Origin: an uncultured Desulfurococcaceae archaeon
GTDB taxonomy: Archaea; Thermoproteota; Thermoprotei_A; Sulfolobales; NBVN01
Assembly: GCA_964522175.1 (NCBI GenBank)
Contig: CAZFVC010000002.1
Location: 1-46,995, forward strand
Reading direction: 5' to 3'
DNA length: 46,995 nucleotides
A program made the position numbers and the translations under genes. The notes beneath the pieces are model-generated. The model was not told where the DNA came from. It saw nothing but the letters and a program-made list of their open reading frames with translations, and made no database searches. Positions 44,979-46,995 of the stretch are shown here, in pieces (the stretch's first letter is position 1; every line of letters starts with the position of its first letter).

Positions 44979-45476
44979 TCACCTCTTCCCCTTCTTACTC
45001 TCAACCTTCTTAGGCTTCGGAGAAGGAAGCTGCTTTAGGAACCTATCCCTTGTGATAGTTACTCTATATCCTTCAGGTTTCGGAGGCTTAGCAAGCTCCG
45101 TAGGCATAACAAGCGTAGAGTCCTTATCGTTAGTGTATAGCTCAAACCCTGTGGTATCAGTCATTACCAAAGCAGAAAACGGGCAGTACTCAACACAGAG
45201 GCCGCAGAATGTGCACTTATGCAGATCAATCCTTGGGAATCTCTTAGGTTTATTCTGCGGGAAGTCTCCCTCCACAGGCACTAGGTCTATAGCGAATGCA
45301 GGGCAAACAATCTTACACATACCACAACCAGTGCACTTATTGAGATCAAGTATATGCCTCCCTCTCAGATTCTCTGTTTTGAAGGGAGGCTCACTCTTAG
45401 GCACCATTCTAGTATATGGCTTCCGGAACAGGTATTTCACAGTCATACTTAGAGTGGCCCACACCATTTCCATCAC
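44979..45476 (-). CDS. 2x[4Fe-4S] NuoI/MbhN-like subunit with a Lys-rich C-terminal tail (second complex)
   Basis: CTGCGMCKIVCP and CTFCGLCVEYCP motifs. An extra C-terminal ~45 aa ends in PKPKKVESKKGKR. Confidence 0.85.
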   Translation of the reverse strand: MMEMVWATLSMTVKYLFRKPYTRMVPKSEPPFKTENLRGRHILDLNKCTGCGMCKIVCPAFAIDLVPVEGDFPQNKPKRFPRIDLHKCTFCGLCVEYCPFSALVMTDTTGFELYTNDKDSTLVMPTELAKPPKPEGYRVTITRDRFLKQLPSPKPKKVESKKGKR

Positions 45477-46582
45477 CTATCTATATCTGGAGAACACGGA
45501 TCTAGGGACTTGACTATAATCGGGAAGTCAGCGATTGTTACCTCCTCGTTATTAATGATGTGTTTTACAGCAGTCGTCATTAACGGCATTGACACACTCC
45601 TTAAACGAACCCTGTATGGCTGCCTTCCACCGTTACTCACTATATGTATGAAGTACTCTCCTCTAGCCGCTTCAACCCTGGCAATACCTACGCCTTTAGG
45701 AGCCGCCAATGGTAGCTTAATTCTGTGAGGTTCACCGGGTCTGACTTCCTCCACGGCCTGCCTAATGATCCTCAGGCTCTGATACACTTCCTTAAACCTC
45801 ACTACGCTTCTTGCATAGGCGTCTGCCTCAGTCATTGTGGGAACGTCAAAGGTTACTTTATCGTAGTTTTCGTATGGGACAACCTTCCTCACATCGTAAG
45901 GCACTCCAGCCGCTCTGAGGCTGGGTCCCGTTACACCCATCCTTATAGCGTCATCCGCTTTCAGAATGCCTATTCCCTGAGTCCTTGCCCTAAACACTCG
46001 GTTCTTCAGAAGTGCTGACTCAATATCCTCAACTATATCCTCGACCTTATTGGTTACTTCCAGAGTTCTTTCCTTGAATCCTTCAGGAACGTCCCATCGA
46101 ATACCTCCCGGAACAGAAAAGCTGTGATATACACGATGTCCAACCACCCATCCAAACCACTTAAGTATCTCCTCCCTTGCAGCAATTGCCCAGAATCCAA
46201 CTGTCCGTAGCCCTGTAGCACCAGCCATGAAGTTAACCCAGAACATATGTGAAGCTATTCTGCCGAACTCGGCCTGAATCATTCTCACATATTTAGCCTT
46301 CTCAGGAATGTCTATCTTAAAGATTCTATCCACGGCCTCCGCGTAACCTAATTCTAGGCTATCCGGGTCCTCGACACAGAAACGGTAACCCATCACTATA
46401 TTCATTTCCCATGTCCTGAACTCCATCATTTTCTCAAATCCTCTATGGAGGAAGCCGGGAACAAGCTCCGCATCAACTACTCTCTCCCCATCAACCCAGA
46501 CTTTATACCCTACATTCCCCGGGACACCGGGATGTTGAGGCCCGAAGTAAAGCATAACTGTCTTGCTTCCATTACCTCCCAT
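45473..46582 (-). CDS. NuoD/MbhL-like 'large subunit' with a Cys-x-x-Asp pair in place of each NiFe CxxC motif and no processing tail
   Basis: 369 aa. RFC69VED72 aligns residue-for-residue with RVC78GIC81 of 10556-11761. DPC363SPD366IDR369 aligns with DPC371ISC374MER377. The protein stops exactly at the Arg. Confidence 0.85.
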   Translation of the reverse strand: MGGNGSKTVMLYFGPQHPGVPGNVGYKVWVDGERVVDAELVPGFLHRGFEKMMEFRTWEMNIVMGYRFCVEDPDSLELGYAEAVDRIFKIDIPEKAKYVRMIQAEFGRIASHMFWVNFMAGATGLRTVGFWAIAAREEILKWFGWVVGHRVYHSFSVPGGIRWDVPEGFKERTLEVTNKVEDIVEDIESALLKNRVFRARTQGIGILKADDAIRMGVTGPSLRAAGVPYDVRKVVPYENYDKVTFDVPTMTEADAYARSVVRFKEVYQSLRIIRQAVEEVRPGEPHRIKLPLAAPKGVGIARVEAARGEYFIHIVSNGGRQPYRVRLRSVSMPLMTTAVKHIINNEEVTIADFPIIVKSLDPCSPDIDR

Positions 46583-46988
46583 ACTTATACCCCCCGTAAT
46601 ACACTTTAGCTACCCACTCATGCGTATTCACATCCTTCCGATGAGGAGGTGGCCCTTCCCAATTCTCATCAAGTATCCACTTAGAGAGGACCGGATGGCC
46701 CTTGAACTCCACACCCATCATCTCATGAACTTCTTTTTCAATATAGTACGCTATGGGATGAATATCATGTACCGAGTCTATTACTGGATCATTCCGAGGA
46801 ACGAGCGTCTTAACCCAAATCTGTGATCCATCATTAACATTGGCGACAATGTAATAGACTTCAATCACCCCTTCTTTCGGCAGATCAACCGTGTTTATAT
46901 TCATGAATAGCTTGTATCCCTTCTCTGCAAGCTCTTTCAGTACTTCCCTTATCCTCTCCCTCTTCACGTTAGTGACGCATATTCTCAA
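46572..46988 (-). CDS. NuoC/MbhK-like subunit (second complex)
   Basis: 138 aa. YYIEKEVHEMMGVEFKGHP is NuoC-like. TTG start with an in-frame TGA at 46993-46995. The expected NuoB-like gene would lie beyond the window edge. Confidence 0.7.
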   Translation of the reverse strand: MRICVTNVKRERIREVLKELAEKGYKLFMNINTVDLPKEGVIEVYYIVANVNDGSQIWVKTLVPRNDPVIDSVHDIHPIAYYIEKEVHEMMGVEFKGHPVLSKWILDENWEGPPPHRKDVNTHEWVAKVYYGGYKYGR

Positions 46989-46995
46989 ATCCTCA

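Noticed and set aside
44926-45513. 195-aa + strand ORF antisense to the NuoI-like ferredoxin gene
   Set aside because: The opposite strand encodes two perfect CxxCxxCxxxCP motifs. The antisense product is Ser/Leu/Gly-rich with no motif.
1-46995. Search for rRNA, tRNA, CRISPR arrays or long tandem repeats
   Set aside because: The non-coding gaps are short (mostly under 160 nt), AT-rich and lack cloverleaf-compatible or repeat-spacer periodic structure. No regularly spaced direct repeats were seen.

Overview
This is a densely coding 46,995-bp chromosomal segment. Its gene content points to a hyperthermophilic, peptide-fermenting, H2-metabolising archaeon, probably Crenarchaeota or Desulfurococcales-like. 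That attribution is an inference from archaeal-type HypA/HypB, Nre, an AsnRS-like AsnA, Thr/Pro-linker solute-binding proteins and Mrp-Mbh complexes. I found no rRNA, tRNA or CRISPR array.

Contents from left to right:
1. A hydrogenase island (about 744-15087). On the + strand: hypC, an embedded asnA-like/Lrp-AsnC pair, hypA, a Mrp/MinD-type hypB and a hycI-type protease. These converge on a 13-gene Mrp-Mbh-type group-4 [NiFe] hydrogenase operon on the - strand, which follows hypF.
2. A nitroreductase and a small acidic ORF.
3. A divergent catabolic/uptake locus (15954-26977). It holds two M29-fold proteins, two Asp/Glu/hydantoin-racemase paralogues, a DUF917-type protein and a five-gene Dpp/Opp-type ABC importer. 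A decayed IS200/IS605 tnpB remnant abuts the 3' end of the importer.
4. An EamA transporter, a triple-frameshifted kptA/Tpt1 gene and a beta-propeller surface protein.
5. A MoxR-DUF58 pair facing a translationally coupled operon: DUF4129-like, membrane protein, micro-ORF, DUF4350-like, Nre and a SplB-like radical SAM protein.
6. A wHTH-like ORF and a metallophosphoesterase.
7. A ThiS-like/TtuA-like pair in which the TtuA gene has no ATG/GTG/TTG start.
8. A second, paralogous Mrp-Mbh-type module (41022-46988). In its 'large subunit', both bridging NiFe cysteines are replaced by Asp, there is no processing tail, and the module has no antiporter-like (NuoL/MrpD) gene where the first operon has one.

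The most interesting candidates are the second module and the MoxR/Nre locus. All family assignments come from motif reading by eye. No database search was run.
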